Source: Patescibacteria group bacterium (lineage in GTDB: Bacteria > Patescibacteriota > Minisyncoccia > Phycocordibacterales > UBA1550). Taken from it: a stretch of 64,000 nucleotides of DNA. The position numbers were made by a program, and so were the translations under genes. Positions 1 to 11,000 of this stretch are shown one piece after another. The stretch lies in the NCBI GenBank assembly GCA_038062675.1, contig JBBTWP010000003.1, forward strand, positions 37,934 through 101,933. Reading direction: 5' to 3'. A model generated the notes under the pieces. The model made no database searches, was not told the origin of the DNA, and saw only the letters and a program-made list of their open reading frames with translations. Numbering within the stretch: position 1 is the stretch's first letter; every line of letters starts with the position of its first letter.

Positions 1-101
1 GTTCCAAGGGAGACCCCAGACTTTTTCATTCAAAGCGATTTTCCCCGCTTCTTTTCCTTTTGTATTGTAAATAGTTGCTTCCATAATAGTAGTGATAGAG
101 A

Positions 102-719
102 TTATACTGTTTTGATCTCAAGGATTGCTCCCTTGATTCCCGGTACACAGCCCGACACGAGAATTTTCCCGTTCTGTGTATCAATGCCTAACACGCGAAG
201 ACCTTTGACCGACACTCGATCAGAGCCCATGCGGCCTGCCATGCGCATGCCTTTCGCCACACGACCACCGGCGCGTCCTCCGCCTCCGATTGATCCTGCT
301 TCGCGCTCGGAATGCTTTTGTCCGTGCGAACGAGGTCCTCCATGGAATCCATGGCGTTTAACCACACCTTGGAAACCCTTACCTTTTGAGATTCCCGTTA
401 TTGTCACCTCGTCGCCAATGACAAAAAGTGAAGCATCGAGTTTATCTCCTTTTTTCCAAGCAGATGAATCATCAACACGGAACTCACGAATCGCCGCAAA
501 AGAACCAAGGTCTTTGCTGTGACCCTGTACTGCTTTTGAAATATTTTTTACTGGACGCGTACCAAAACCAATCTGTACGGCATCGTACCCTTGCGTGCTT
601 TTATCCTTCACTTGAGTAACGACTGTAGTGCCAAGAACAATAAGCGTTGCCGCCGTACTCAGGCCGTCGTTACCCATAAAGGTAACCATATTTTCTTTTC
701 TTCCTAAGATAAATTTCAT
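102..719 (-). CDS. rplC: 50S ribosomal protein L3
   Basis: Translation shows the L3 signature 'KGKGFQGVVKRHGF'. The N-terminus 'MKFILGRKENMVTF' aligns to the E. coli L3 start. ATG at 719; the ORF-track start at 740 is a TTG. Confidence 0.9.
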   Translation of the reverse strand: MKFILGRKENMVTFMGNDGLSTAATLIVLGTTVVTQVKDKSTQGYDAVQIGFGTRPVKNISKAVQGHSKDLGSFAAIREFRVDDSSAWKKGDKLDASLFVIGDEVTITGISKGKGFQGVVKRHGFHGGPRSHGQKHSEREAGSIGGGGRAGGRVAKGMRMAGRMGSDRVSVKGLRVLGIDTQNGKILVSGCVPGIKGAILEIKTV

Positions 720-777
720 AACGGGAACCATTGCAACCAATTTTCAGGTTGTTGGCATTTTAGAGAAACCTAATAAA

Positions 778-1113
778 TTACATCATCTTCACGTCGATGT
801 TGACGCCGGATGGAAGGCTCATGTTGGTGAGCGCTTCGATCACTTTTGCGCCCGGATTCAAGATGTCAATCAAACGTTTGTGAATGCGCATCTCGAATTG
901 TTCGCGTGCATTTTTGTAAATGAATGCTGAGCGGTTGACAGTGTACTTCTTGATTTCTGTCGGCAAAGGCGTAGGTCCCTGCACTTCTGCATCGTACCGA
1001 AGTGCCGTGTCAATAATTTGTTTTACCGAATTATCGAGCACTTTGTTTTCGTAGGCACGAATACGAATGCGGAGCTTGTTCGTGACCTCTTTATCTTTTA
1101 CCGATTTTGTCAT
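778..1113 (-). CDS. rpsJ: 30S ribosomal protein S10
   Basis: 'LRIRIRAYE...KQIIDTA...GPTPLPT...HKRLIDIL' matches the S10 family. Start placed at the internal ATG 'MTKSVKDKEV' to give a typical ~110-aa length. Confidence 0.85.
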   Translation of the reverse strand: MTKSVKDKEVTNKLRIRIRAYENKVLDNSVKQIIDTALRYDAEVQGPTPLPTEIKKYTVNRSAFIYKNAREQFEMRIHKRLIDILNPGAKVIEALTNMSLPSGVNIDVKMM

Positions 1114-1137
1114 AGATGTAAAAATGAACGGGGTCAA

Positions 1138-2331
1138 TTAAGCGATGATTTTTGTTACCACGCCGGCACCTACAGTACGTCCACCCTCGCGAATAGCAAA
1201 GCGCTGTTCAGCTTCAAGAGCAACTGGAGCAATGAGCTTAACTTTAAGCTTCACCGTATCTCCCGGCATAACCATTTCGGTTCCTGCAGGAATAGTTGCG
1301 TCACCGGTTACGTCCGTTGTACGGATGTAGAACTGAGGTTTGTAACCATTAAAGAATGGCGTGTGGCGACCACCTTCCTCCTTTGTAAGGATGTATACCT
1401 CTGCCTCAAACTCAGTATGAGGAGTAACAGAACCCGGCTTGGTGAGCACCTGACCGCGCGTAATGTCTTCTTTCTTGATACCGCGAACAAGAATACCTGC
1501 ATTGTCGCCGGCGATACCTTCGTTCAAAGACTTGTTGAACATTTCGATACCGGTTACCGTTGTTTTTACCGTATCCTTGATACCAACGATTTCAATTTCT
1601 TCGCCTACTTTAATAGTACCGCGTTCAATACGACCGGTAACCACTGTTCCGCGTCCTTCGATTGAGAATACATCTTCAACAGGCATCAAGAATGGTTTCT
1701 TGATATCGCGTTCTGGAATAGGAATGTATGTGTCGAGAGCACTTGCGAGCTCAAGAATTTTCTTTGCCCATTCATCATCAGCTGACTTTGCCTCAAGAGC
1801 CTTGAGTGCCGAACCGCGGATAACTGGTGCGTTCTTGCCGTCAAAGTGGTATTTTGTCAAAAGATCGCGTACTTCCTCTTCAACGAGGTCGATAAGATCT
1901 TTGTCGTCAACCATGTCGCATTTATTGAGGAAAATGATGATTTTTGGAACACCAATCTGCTCTGCAAGAAGGATGTGCTCTCGTGTCTGAGGCATCACAC
2001 CGTCCGTTGCTGCAACTACGAGGATAGCGCCGTCCATTTGTGCGGCACCCGTAATCATGTTTTTAATGTAGTCGGCGTGGCCCGGAGCGTCGATGTGCGC
2101 GTAGTGACGAGCTGCTGTCGAGTACTCGTTGTGAGAAAGCGCAATAGTAATACCGCGCGCCTTTTCCTCGGGAGCTGAGTCAATCTGGTCAACTGACTTC
2201 ATTTTCACCTGCTGTCCTGAAAGGTGGAGCACGTTCAAAATTGCCGCGGTGAGGGTTGTCTTGCCGTGATCAACGTGACCAATGGTACCTACGTTGACGT
2301 GTGGCTTGGAACGATCAAATGCTTCTGCCAT
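1138..2331 (-). CDS. tuf: Elongation factor Tu
   Basis: '[31 protein letters not shown]' is a canonical EF-Tu G-domain with P-loop 'GHVDHGKTT'. 397 aa from the ATG at 2331. Confidence 0.95.
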   Translation of the reverse strand: MAEAFDRSKPHVNVGTIGHVDHGKTTLTAAILNVLHLSGQQVKMKSVDQIDSAPEEKARGITIALSHNEYSTAARHYAHIDAPGHADYIKNMITGAAQMDGAILVVAATDGVMPQTREHILLAEQIGVPKIIIFLNKCDMVDDKDLIDLVEEEVRDLLTKYHFDGKNAPVIRGSALKALEAKSADDEWAKKILELASALDTYIPIPERDIKKPFLMPVEDVFSIEGRGTVVTGRIERGTIKVGEEIEIVGIKDTVKTTVTGIEMFNKSLNEGIAGDNAGILVRGIKKEDITRGQVLTKPGSVTPHTEFEAEVYILTKEEGGRHTPFFNGYKPQFYIRTTDVTGDATIPAGTEMVMPGDTVKLKVKLIAPVALEAEQRFAIREGGRTVGAGVVTKIIA

Positions 2332-2541
2332 AATATTGTTGTAGGTTGCGATCAAAAATCCTTACACGAGAGAATCCTCAAAGACTTTTTACCGCAACGC
2401 AAAATTAATAAACTTTAATAAATATGCGCCAAAATGGCACAAAACGAAACAAAAATACCGCACCACGCGATACAGAAGACATCTTACCAAATCGTCAAGA
2501 ATAGTCAAGGGGTGAAGTAGAAACAGGCAGTTCTCTAGATC

Positions 2542-2610
2542 AGAACCCTGCCCCAAAAAGATAAAACACCGCCCAATGGGCGGTGTTTTATCTTTTTGGG
2601 GCAGGGTTCT
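2542..2610. promoter_or_regulatory. 69-bp perfect palindrome in the fusA-tuf intergenic spacer (stem-loop; attenuator/terminator/processing site candidate)
   Basis: Read directly: 'agaaccctgccccaaaaagataaaacaccgccca a tgggcggtgttttatctttttggggcagggttct'. The arms are exact reverse complements (34-bp stem, 1-nt loop). Confidence 0.6.
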
Positions 2611-2622
2611 CTTTTCTAAAAA

Positions 2623-4767
2623 CTACTTCCTTGCCGCAATAATCGTCGTTGCCACGTTTTGGGGAACAATGTCATAGTGGTCAAACTCCATGGTGGATGA
2701 TGCGCGGCCTTCCGTCATGGAACGAAGTGCGGTAACATATCCAAACATTTCAGAAAGTGGAACTTTTGCAGTAATAACTTTCATACCACCTCGCTCTCCC
2801 ATGCCTTCGATTTGTGCGCGCTTTGAAGAAAGGTTGCCGGCAACGTCGCCCATGAATTGCTCTGGCATAACTACTTCTACTTTCATGATGGGTTCAAGGA
2901 TAACGGGACCTGCTTTTTGTGCAGCTTCCTTGAATGCCATGGATGCGGCGATTTTGAAGGCGATTTCTGAGGAGTCGACTTCGTGGAACGAACCGTCGTA
3001 GAGCTCGGCTGAGATGTCTACCACCTTGTACCCAGCTTGAATACCGCGATCCATTGCTTCACGAAGACCTTTTTCAATAGGACTGATGTATTCCTGAGGA
3101 ATGACGCCACCTCTAATCGCATTCACGAATTCGAAGTGATCGCCATCACGCTTGGTGTTCTTTGGAAGATCTTCCTTGTCCACTGTCTTGTCGATTGGTC
3201 GCAGGCGGATCTTTACGTGACCGTACTGACCGCGTCCACCTGTTTGTTTAATATATTTATAATCAGACTCCGCTTCGCGCGTAATAGTCTCTTTGTAAGC
3301 AACCTGTGGTTTTCCGACATTTGCTTCTACATTAAATTCACGCTTCATGCGATCAACGAGAATTTCCAAGTGAAGCTCTCCCATGCCTGAAATGATGGTC
3401 TCCAGTGTTTCCTCGTCAGTTGAGATACGGAATGTTGGATCCTCGTCAGCAAGCTTGCGGAGCGCAAGGCCAATCTTTTCCTGATCTGCTTTTGTTTTTG
3501 GCTCAATACGAAGGGAAATAACTGGCTCTGGAAATTTAATCTGCTCGAGGATAATTGGTTTTTCTTCACTACAAAGTGTGTGTGAGGTTTTGGTGTTTTT
3601 GAGTCCAACCATGGCAGCAATTTCTCCCGCGTATACCTTTTTTACTTCCTCGCGCTGATCAGCCTGAAGGCGCACCATACGGCCTACACGTTCGCGGTCA
3701 CCGGTGGTTGCATTATATACATACGAACCCGCTTCGATAGTACCTGAGTATACACGGAAGAAGGTAAGCTGTCCCACGAATGGGTCTGCTTGAAGCTTAA
3801 ATGCAAGCGCCGCAAATGGCTCTGCGTCTGAAGGAGAGCGTGTGATAGTCTCGCCAGTATGAGGATCGAGTCCGCTTACCGCCGCAATATCGAGCGGTGA
3901 AGGACAGAAATCAACCACAGCATCGAGCACAAGCTGGACACCTTTGTTTTTGAGCGCCGAACCTGCATACACAGGAAAAATCTCGTTTTTGATCACCGCC
4001 TTGCGCATCGTCGCTTTCAAAACATCCATCGGGACTTCCTTCCCGTCGAGATAATCCGCCATGAGTTTTTCGTCATTCTCAACAATGCGCTCAATCAATT
4101 CTGAGCGATATTTTTTTGCATCAGCAAGATATTTCTCAGGAATTTCTTTTTCAATAACTTTGATACCCATATCGCCTTCAAAGAAAAAGGCTTTCATTTT
4201 GAGAAGGTCGATAACACCCTCGAACTCATCTTCGAGTCCGATAGGAATTTGCATACGAACTGCCTTCTTGTTCAAACGATCCAAAATAGATGCGTACGAA
4301 CGCTCGAATGAAGCGCCGGTACGATCAAGCTTGTTAATGAAACAAATGCGAGGAACCTGTGCTTCGTCGGCATAGCGCCAGTTGGTTTCAGACTGTGGCT
4401 CTACTCCGGCAACACCGTCAAACACCACCACAGCACCATCGAGCACACGAAGACTGCGCTTCACTTCAACCGTAAAGTCGATGTGCCCCGGTGTATCAAT
4501 AATATTAAAACGATACATGTTTTCCTTTGCTTTTTCAACATCGGTCTTGTTCCAAAAACAGGTGATCGCGGCGGCAGTAATCGTAATGCCACGCTCACGC
4601 TCCTGCTCCATCCAGTCGGTCACTGTTCCTCCGTCATGCACTTCACCAATCTTATGCGTCATGCCCGTATAAAACAAAATGCGCTCAGACGTTGTCGTCT
4701 TACCGGCATCAATATGCGCAATGATTCCAAAGTTTCTTACTTTTTGAAGGGGGTAGTCTCGTTCCAT
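2623..4767 (-). CDS. fusA: Elongation factor G
   Basis: '[24 protein letters not shown]...[13 protein letters not shown]' is the EF-G G-domain. 714 aa full length. Confidence 0.95.
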   Translation of the reverse strand: MERDYPLQKVRNFGIIAHIDAGKTTTSERILFYTGMTHKIGEVHDGGTVTDWMEQERERGITITAAAITCFWNKTDVEKAKENMYRFNIIDTPGHIDFTVEVKRSLRVLDGAVVVFDGVAGVEPQSETNWRYADEAQVPRICFINKLDRTGASFERSYASILDRLNKKAVRMQIPIGLEDEFEGVIDLLKMKAFFFEGDMGIKVIEKEIPEKYLADAKKYRSELIERIVENDEKLMADYLDGKEVPMDVLKATMRKAVIKNEIFPVYAGSALKNKGVQLVLDAVVDFCPSPLDIAAVSGLDPHTGETITRSPSDAEPFAALAFKLQADPFVGQLTFFRVYSGTIEAGSYVYNATTGDRERVGRMVRLQADQREEVKKVYAGEIAAMVGLKNTKTSHTLCSEEKPIILEQIKFPEPVISLRIEPKTKADQEKIGLALRKLADEDPTFRISTDEETLETIISGMGELHLEILVDRMKREFNVEANVGKPQVAYKETITREAESDYKYIKQTGGRGQYGHVKIRLRPIDKTVDKEDLPKNTKRDGDHFEFVNAIRGGVIPQEYISPIEKGLREAMDRGIQAGYKVVDISAELYDGSFHEVDSSEIAFKIAASMAFKEAAQKAGPVILEPIMKVEVVMPEQFMGDVAGNLSSKRAQIEGMGERGGMKVITAKVPLSEMFGYVTALRSMTEGRASSTMEFDHYDIVPQNVATTIIAARK

Positions 4768-4996
4768 AAATGTTTAATGAATAAATTATTTTTAAAAATG
4801 GGAAATTAGGGATTCGGTGCGGGGTAAAACTTCTATGAAGGCGGTGACTTGTATAGTACATTATTCTCATCAAAAATAGGTTATTTTTAATGTAGCACGA
4901 GGCGCAAAAATCGCGGAGTGGTGAGCCGTACAAAAGTACGGTGAACCAAAACGTGATTTTTTAGCAACAAAGTGCTACGCAAAAATTACGTATTTT

Positions 4997-5467
4997 TTAG
5001 AAGGCGAAGTGAGCAAAGGCTTTATTCGCCTCCGCCATCTTGTGCACATTCTCACGCTTTTTCACTGCCTCACCCTCATTCTTGCTTGCAGAGAGAATCT
5101 CGTCAGCAAGCTTCATGTGCATGGGGCGGCCCTTTTTGGATTTTGCAGCGTCGATAATCCAGCCCATTGACAATGCGAGGCGACGCTCTGGACGTACTTC
5201 GCGAGGCACTTGGTAGTTTGCACCACCAACGCGTCGTGAGCGCACTTCCATAAGCGGGCCTGTGTTTTTCATTGCCAAATCAAAAACTTCGAGAGCCTCG
5301 ATTTCCTTGTTCTTTTCCTTAATAATATCAAAAGCTCCGTACACGATAGTACGTGCAGTGTTTTTCTTGCCGGATTGCATGACATAGTTAATGAACTTCT
5401 CAACTTTGGTTGAGCCGTACACAAGGTCTGGTCCTACAATATTACGATTTTTTACTTTTCTACGCAT
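4997..5467 (-). CDS. rpsG: 30S ribosomal protein S7
   Basis: 156 aa; 'VMQSGKKNTARTIVYGAFD...MEVRSRRVGGANYQVP' is the S7 family. Confidence 0.9.
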   Translation of the reverse strand: MRRKVKNRNIVGPDLVYGSTKVEKFINYVMQSGKKNTARTIVYGAFDIIKEKNKEIEALEVFDLAMKNTGPLMEVRSRRVGGANYQVPREVRPERRLALSMGWIIDAAKSKKGRPMHMKLADEILSASKNEGEAVKKRENVHKMAEANKAFAHFAF

Positions 5468-5489
5468 GAATTAAATGGATATAAGGGAA

Positions 5490-5921
5490 TTATTTTTTTG
5501 CTGCACCTCCTGCCTTTGGACGCTTGTTACCGTAAAGACTGCGTCCCTTGCGACGACTTTCAACACCAGTAGCATCAAGCACACCACGAACAATGTGATA
5601 GCGTACACCGCCCAAGTCCTTTACGCGTCCTCCACGAATCATCACTACCGAGTGCTCCTGAAGTTTGTGTCCCATACCGGGAATATATGCCGTGACTTCC
5701 ATGCCGTTCGTCAAGCGCACACGGGCGATCTTGCGGAGCGCTGAGTTTGGTTTCTTTGGTGTCGTGGTGGTAACTTTGGTACAAACGCCGCGTTTAAATG
5801 GTGAATTGTGGTACACCGGACGATTTACGAGAGTATTAAAGCTTTTTCCGAGCGCAGCAGAACGAGACTTCTGAATAGGAGTCTTGCGAGCACGTTTTGT
5901 TAATTGACTGATGGTAGGCAT
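5490..5921 (-). CDS. rpsL: 30S ribosomal protein S12
   Basis: '[13 protein letters not shown]...KKPNSALRK...[18 protein letters not shown]'-like S12 signature. Confidence 0.95.
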   Translation of the reverse strand: MPTISQLTKRARKTPIQKSRSAALGKSFNTLVNRPVYHNSPFKRGVCTKVTTTTPKKPNSALRKIARVRLTNGMEVTAYIPGMGHKLQEHSVVMIRGGRVKDLGGVRYHIVRGVLDATGVESRRKGRSLYGNKRPKAGGAAKK

Positions 5922-6025
5922 AATTTAAATTAAAACTGTGTCGTCACGCGACAACACAAGGTGCTCCTACTCTACTATGAAGGCAAAAAAAATGCAAGCT
6001 GGTGGCTCGACACCCTCTTATTTTT

Positions 6026-6655
6026 TTACTGGCCGGTCACCGCGCTAAAAAATAAACCTGAAATTGGAAGAATAATATACTGCGCGAAAAAGAATACGAA
6101 AACAAGGAAAACAATCCAATTGCGTTCCATCGTGTCGTGAATAGCCTCAAAACGCTGAGGAAGCAACGAAAAAAGGACTTTTGCGCCATCAAGAGGTGGA
6201 ATAGGAATAAGGTTAAAGACTCCCAAAATAATATTAGTCCACACAATCGTCCCTAATATTTCATAAAATGCGCTTCCCCCAACAATCCCCAACTCCGCAT
6301 GAAAACGAATCATGAGCCCAAAAATAATAGCAATGAGAAAGTTTGCCGCAACTCCTGCCACCCCTACGAGAGTAACCCCAAGACGACCGTGCCGAAGATT
6401 GTACGGATTATACGGTACCGGCTTTGCCCATCCAAACGCAAACGGATGCCCAACAGCACTTGAACCCACAAGCATGAGAGCGGGAAGAATGATTGATCCC
6501 AATGGATCAATGTGGGGTACTGGGTTCAACGTAAGCCTTCCCGCCAAACGTGCCGTTGGATCACCAAGCTGGTCAGCGACAACCCCATGCGCGATCTCAT
6601 GAATAATGATCGAGAAAATAAGGATAACGAGAAAAAAAAGTGTTGCTATTTCCAT
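6026..6655 (-). CDS. Site-2 protease family (M50) zinc metalloprotease, membrane
   Basis: 'HEIAHG' HExxH motif in a TM helix plus downstream 'NLIPIPPLDG' (LDG motif). Multiple TM helices. Confidence 0.75.
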   Translation of the reverse strand: MEIATLFFLVILIFSIIIHEIAHGVVADQLGDPTARLAGRLTLNPVPHIDPLGSIILPALMLVGSSAVGHPFAFGWAKPVPYNPYNLRHGRLGVTLVGVAGVAANFLIAIIFGLMIRFHAELGIVGGSAFYEILGTIVWTNIILGVFNLIPIPPLDGAKVLFSLLPQRFEAIHDTMERNWIVFLVFVFFFAQYIILPISGLFFSAVTGQ

Positions 6656-6771
6656 ATAATATATACTGTATTTATTACGATCAAAGGGACAAAAATGAGT
6701 ATTTTTACTCCCCCGCTTGCATAATGTTCAATTTATGATAGCATAAGCCGACATAGATAAGAAATATCCGT

Positions 6772-6972
6772 ATGGCAAAATCATGTCCAATCTGTAATAA
6801 AGGCACCATCATCGCGGGAGGTTACTCCAACCGCGTGCGTGCAACCAAGTTCAATCCTGTCGGAAAGAACCGCAAATACCCAAATCTTCAGTGGGCACCG
6901 CTCGCCGACGGCTCACGCCTCAAAGTATGCACTCGTTGCATGAAGGCCGGAAAACACTTGGAAATTAAGTAG
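6772..6972 (+). CDS. rpmB: 50S ribosomal protein L28
   Basis: 66 aa; 'CPICNKG...TKFNPV...PNLQ...KVCTRCMKAGK' is the L28 family pattern. Confidence 0.85.
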   Translation: MAKSCPICNKGTIIAGGYSNRVRATKFNPVGKNRKYPNLQWAPLADGSRLKVCTRCMKAGKHLEIK

Positions 6973-7040
6973 TTTATCAACTGCCCCCACAAAGAAAAAG
7001 GAGGTTGCCCTTGGGCAACCTCCTTTTTCTTTGTGGGGGC
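6891..7040 (+). repeat. Direct repeat copy 1 (rpmB 3' end plus terminator, ~150 bp)
   Basis: Near-identical to 7792..7941, with a few substitutions. The substitutions include compensatory changes in the hairpin stem and an inverted loop ('cccttggg' versus 'cccaaggg'). Confidence 0.9.
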
Positions 7041-7042
7041 AG
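6981..7042 (+). terminator. Long GC-rich hairpin terminator after rpmB
   Basis: 'ctgcccccacaaagaaaaaggaggttgccc ttgg gcaacctcctttttctttgtgggggcag' has perfect ~29-bp arms. Confidence 0.6.
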
Positions 7043-7076
7043 TTACCGAGGATCGTCCTTGTCACCAGAAGTAAAA

Positions 7077-7364
7077 CTACGTCAACTGCACACTCTTTCC
7101 TAATGCATGCGCAACACGATTAAGCGTTCCGAGTGAGATGCTGTGCTTTCCGCTCTCAATACGTGCAACAACAGACTGGGGCATTTGCGCCTTTTTTGCA
7201 AAAGTTTCTTGGGTCAACTTCTTTTGAAGGCGGAGATGCTTTATCTCGCTTGCAATTTTTAACCTAAAAAATTCTTCGTCGTATGCTTCTCTAAATTTTG
7301 GAGACTTTAATTGTTTTTTAAGTATTTGTTCAAACGTTTTAGTTTTTGGAAGTTTTTGTGCCAT
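7077..7364 (-). CDS. HTH XRE-family antitoxin (HigA-like)
   Basis: 95 aa; C-terminal HTH 'LTQETFAKKAQMPQSVVARIESGKHSISLGTLNRVAHALG' is XRE type. Lies immediately downstream of the toxin-like ORF. Confidence 0.65.
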   Translation of the reverse strand: MAQKLPKTKTFEQILKKQLKSPKFREAYDEEFFRLKIASEIKHLRLQKKLTQETFAKKAQMPQSVVARIESGKHSISLGTLNRVAHALGKSVQLT

Positions 7365-7416
7365 ATATTTGTGTTCCTATAATTATGAACCTATATTGAA
7401 ATGCGCCTAAATATTT

Positions 7417-7719
7417 TTATTTCATCATTTTATAAACATTCACTGCTCTCTGTATTTCCTGTGGTGGCGTCTTTTGAGTTTTCTTGATAAACCCTGATAC
7501 AAAATAAATTGCATCTTTCTTTACAAAGAAGAGAATTCTGTACCTTTTTACAATCAACTCGCGAATGGGACTTTTAAGCAATTTTGTATAAACATTATCA
7601 AAATTTGTCTCCATCATTTTGATACTTGCTGAGACTTTCGCGCGATCTGTTTCAGGAATTTGCTCAAAAAAGCTCAGTGCGTCATCAAAGAACTTAATGT
7701 TAAATTTCTTCACAACCAT
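7417..7719 (-). CDS. RelE/ParE-superfamily toxin, phage Gp49/HigB-like (DUF891-type)
   Basis: 100 aa; '...RYRILFFVKKDAIYFVSGFIKKTQKTPPQEI' matches the conserved 'hhhhhGFiKKTQKTP' C-terminal signature of Gp49-like addiction-module killers. Toxin-first order with a downstream XRE HTH gives HigBA-like architecture. Confidence 0.55.
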   Translation of the reverse strand: MVVKKFNIKFFDDALSFFEQIPETDRAKVSASIKMMETNFDNVYTKLLKSPIRELIVKRYRILFFVKKDAIYFVSGFIKKTQKTPPQEIQRAVNVYKMMK

Positions 7720-7791
7720 TATTCCTGCAATAATTAATATAATCGACCCAAGTTGAGTATAGCAAAATTGCTATACTCATGTCAAACGAAT

Positions 7792-7941
7792 GTGGGCACC
7801 GCTCGCCGACGGCTCACGCCTCAAAGTATGCACTCGTTGCATGAAGGCCGGAAAACACTTGGAGATTAAATAATTTACCAACTGCCCCCACAAGGAAAAA
7901 GGAGGTTGCCCAAGGGCAACCTCCTTTTTCCTTGTGGGGGC
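7792..7941 (+). repeat. Direct repeat copy 2 (orphan duplicate of rpmB 3' end plus terminator hairpin)
   Basis: Encodes the same C-terminal peptide '...WAPLADGSRLKVCTRCMKAGKHLEIK*' as rpmB but lacks the 5' part of the gene. Hairpin at 7882..7943. Confidence 0.9.
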
Positions 7942-8031
7942 ACAAAACTATTTCAAAATTACACCACAAACCTTTTTCCCCAAGGTCTCACCTCGGGTGT
8001 CCACGAGGACGATCCTTACCATGGGCTATCT

Positions 8032-11000
8032 CTAATACACCTTAAAAATACCTTGAGTCCCATCGACGCCACCGTCGTCGCAATAATTTACAGCTGAGGA
8101 GGAAACGAGTTCAACTCTCTCTATTTTCTCTGTTTGCAACGTGCTGAGTCCTACTCGCTTTAAAATTGCCCTCATTAGTGGGAGTGACGGAACTGTCGGA
8201 TTTCCGGCATGTGCACAGTATCCACTTCCTGCGCCAGGCCATCCAGGGTAACCACTTCGCGCCCATTCACAATACTGACCTTCATATACTTCCGCAAGAT
8301 TGGCATTTTTAGCATAAGAGCACCTAAAATAGAGCGTAATAGGTGTCCGAATCGTCACCGTCACCGATTTTGACACGGTTCTATTATTGCCTCCCAAGCA
8401 TACTAATTTGTAAGTGTGGCTTGAGGTAAGGGACCCTGTATAATAAACCCCACCAGAACTAAACTTAACTCCATCCCAATCCCCCCCACCACCAGACCCT
8501 GTGCAGGAAATAACATCTTTTGACGACCACACGAGGGTTGTCTCCGCCCCAGCATAGGAAACATCGGGACTAGCGGAAGTCAACGTAACCGTCGGGTCCT
8601 TTATCTTTACCGTTATTTTCTTTTCCACAGAACCCGCGGCATTTGTACACGTTAGTGTATATGGAGTGTCCTTATTAATAGGGCTGAGTGTTTGTCCCGT
8701 AACGACAAAACTGGTAATATTTTGATTGTCATTCCACCCTGTAGCAGAGCAAGAATCCGCATTATAGACTGTCCATTCAATTTTTGGTGTCCCATTTAAT
8801 CCGATTTGAAAACAATCTCCATCTGAAGAACTGCAGGGGTTTAGTTTGTTTTCGTCAGCAACATATGTCGACTTGTCATGATTGGCGGTAAAGGATAGTA
8901 TCCCTGGTTTCACCTTTACGGTCACCGATTTCTCAACAAGACCACCGGGACCCGTACAGGTGAGAATGTAATTTGCCGTCTTTTGGAGTCCGGATATCGT
9001 CTGTTGCTTGCTCAATTCCGGCTTGTTTATGTCGTACACTACCCCACTCCACCCCCCAGACGCAGTACACGAAGTTGTGTCGGCAGAAGGATTCCAGAAA
9101 AGAGTGGCCGAGTTATTGTAATCCACGACAATACTAGGGTTACTGCCACTACCACTGCTTACATCAGTTGTGCCATTTACACCCTTTGCAATCAGCGTCC
9201 CCGTAGGAAGCGCAAGGAGCTTCACGGTGACAGGAGTGACAGATTTAGTCCCTCCGGGTCCTGTACAGCTCAAAGTATAAGTCTTGTAGGTGTTAGCAGG
9301 ACGCGTAATAGCCGCGACCGTACTGGTTCCAGAGACAGGCTTTGCTCCACTCCATCCACCACCTGCCGTACACTGTGTTGCATTTTCAATATTCCAGACA
9401 AGTTTGGGTTGTGTCCCAGAAACAATTTCTGTCGCCTCGGCATAAAAATCACCCTTAGGAAGAACTTTGATGGTCACTGACTGTGGTTTGGACTCCCCGC
9501 CGGCACCAGAGCAGGTAAGAACGAGTGCCTGCGTGGTGGTAAACGGACCCACAATCATCGTACCAGAAATCTCCTTTGTGCCACTCCAAGGTTTTGTCAA
9601 ATTCTCACCACCGGATGCAGTACATGAAGTGGCACCCTTTCCTGCTGTCCATGTGATATTGGTCGTCTCGCCGTCTGGCACCTGGTTCGGACTTGCACGC
9701 AAAGCACCTGCTGTCGGAAGGGCAACAACACTCACGCTGACTGATTTTGAAACTGAACCGCCCGCGCCCCGGCAATTTAGACTATACGTTGTTGCGCGAG
9801 TGGTAGGAGCCGGTGTTTCTGAGCCCGAAGATTCTTTCATGCCTGTCCACCCCCCAGATGCGGTACATGAACTCGTTCCCTCAGAAGACCATACGAGTGT
9901 AGGGCTTGTGCCATACGGGATTGATATTGACTCTGCAGAAAACTCCATTGTGGGCTTTACAGAAGGCGATCCCGCCAAAACTTGTGCTTCCACTCTTATG
10001 GTAACTGTCTGCGGAACAGAATCTCCCCCCGGTCCGGTGCAGGTTAAAATATACTTCTGTGTGGCAGTGAGTGGGCCAACAACTTCACTGCCTTCAGCTG
10101 TCTTCATGCCATTCCAAGCTCCGCTTGCCGTACACGAAGCTGCATTACCAGTAGCAGACCACGTGAGTGTTGCGTTGCCATTGTAGGGAACAATATTTGG
10201 CTCCGCAACCAGCGTCCCTTTTGGCACACCGAGCACTCTAACGGTTACCGACTTTGTCGTCACCCCTCCGCGCCCAGTACACTTTAGAACATACGTCTTC
10301 GAGGAGACAAGCGGACCAGTGGATTCCGTTCCTGTGGTTGCTTTTCTTCCACGCCAAGACCCAGAAGCATCACACACCGTCGCATCAGACGAAGACCATG
10401 CAAGGGTAGTGGTGCCTTTATAGGGCACAGGATTTGGCTCTGCAGTCAAACTCCCTGAAGGAAGAGGAATGACACTCACCGTCACCGAAGAAGTTACACT
10501 TCCACCCCGCCCTGTACATTTAAGAAGGTATGTCTTCGTTGACAACAATCCGCTTTCTTTTTGATTCCCCGCTATCTTTTTCTCTCCACTCCATCCCCCT
10601 GATGCGACACACGACTCGGTTTCATTCGACGAAGACCACGTAAGCATAGTGTTGCCATTGTAGGGAATAGGGTTTGGGCTTGCATCTAGTCTTCCTGTAG
10701 GAAGTGGGATAACATTCACCGTAAGAGACTCAACTAAAGACTCACCGTTTTCTCCGGTGCATTTCAGGTCATAGGTACGTGCGGAAGTAAGGGGACCAGT
10801 AGAGAATGTTCCTGAGGTTGCTTGCTTTCCTTCCCAACCGTCGAGAGCAAGACAAGAAGTACTGTTGACGGAAGACCATGAGAGAACTGCTTGGCCATTG
10901 TAAGGAACAATAGTTGAGTCGGCACTGAGCACGGCTTTGGGATAGAGAACCTCAGGTCGAGGTGCAAACGGTGTGGGAAACGGATCCACGAATGCGGTTG

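Larger units (their letters stand above)
7041..7941. mobile_element. ~0.9-kb insertion carrying a HigBA-like TA pair, bounded by the 150-bp direct repeats
   Basis: Cargo (TA pair) lies between two copies of the rpmB 3' end. No recombinase is present. Confidence 0.4.

Noticed and set aside
4768-4996. ~230-bp rpsG-fusA spacer as a possible small RNA or leader-peptide locus
   Set aside because: It contains only a weak hairpin and no SD-preceded ORF or conserved-looking structure. It is noted as unusually long but a feature is not supportable.
9467-10186. 239-aa plus-strand ORF (and 8983..9480) inside the large surface-protein gene
   Set aside because: This is an antisense ORF produced by the compositionally biased tandem repeats of the 8032..11112 gene. 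It has no start context and is repetitive only because the sense strand is.
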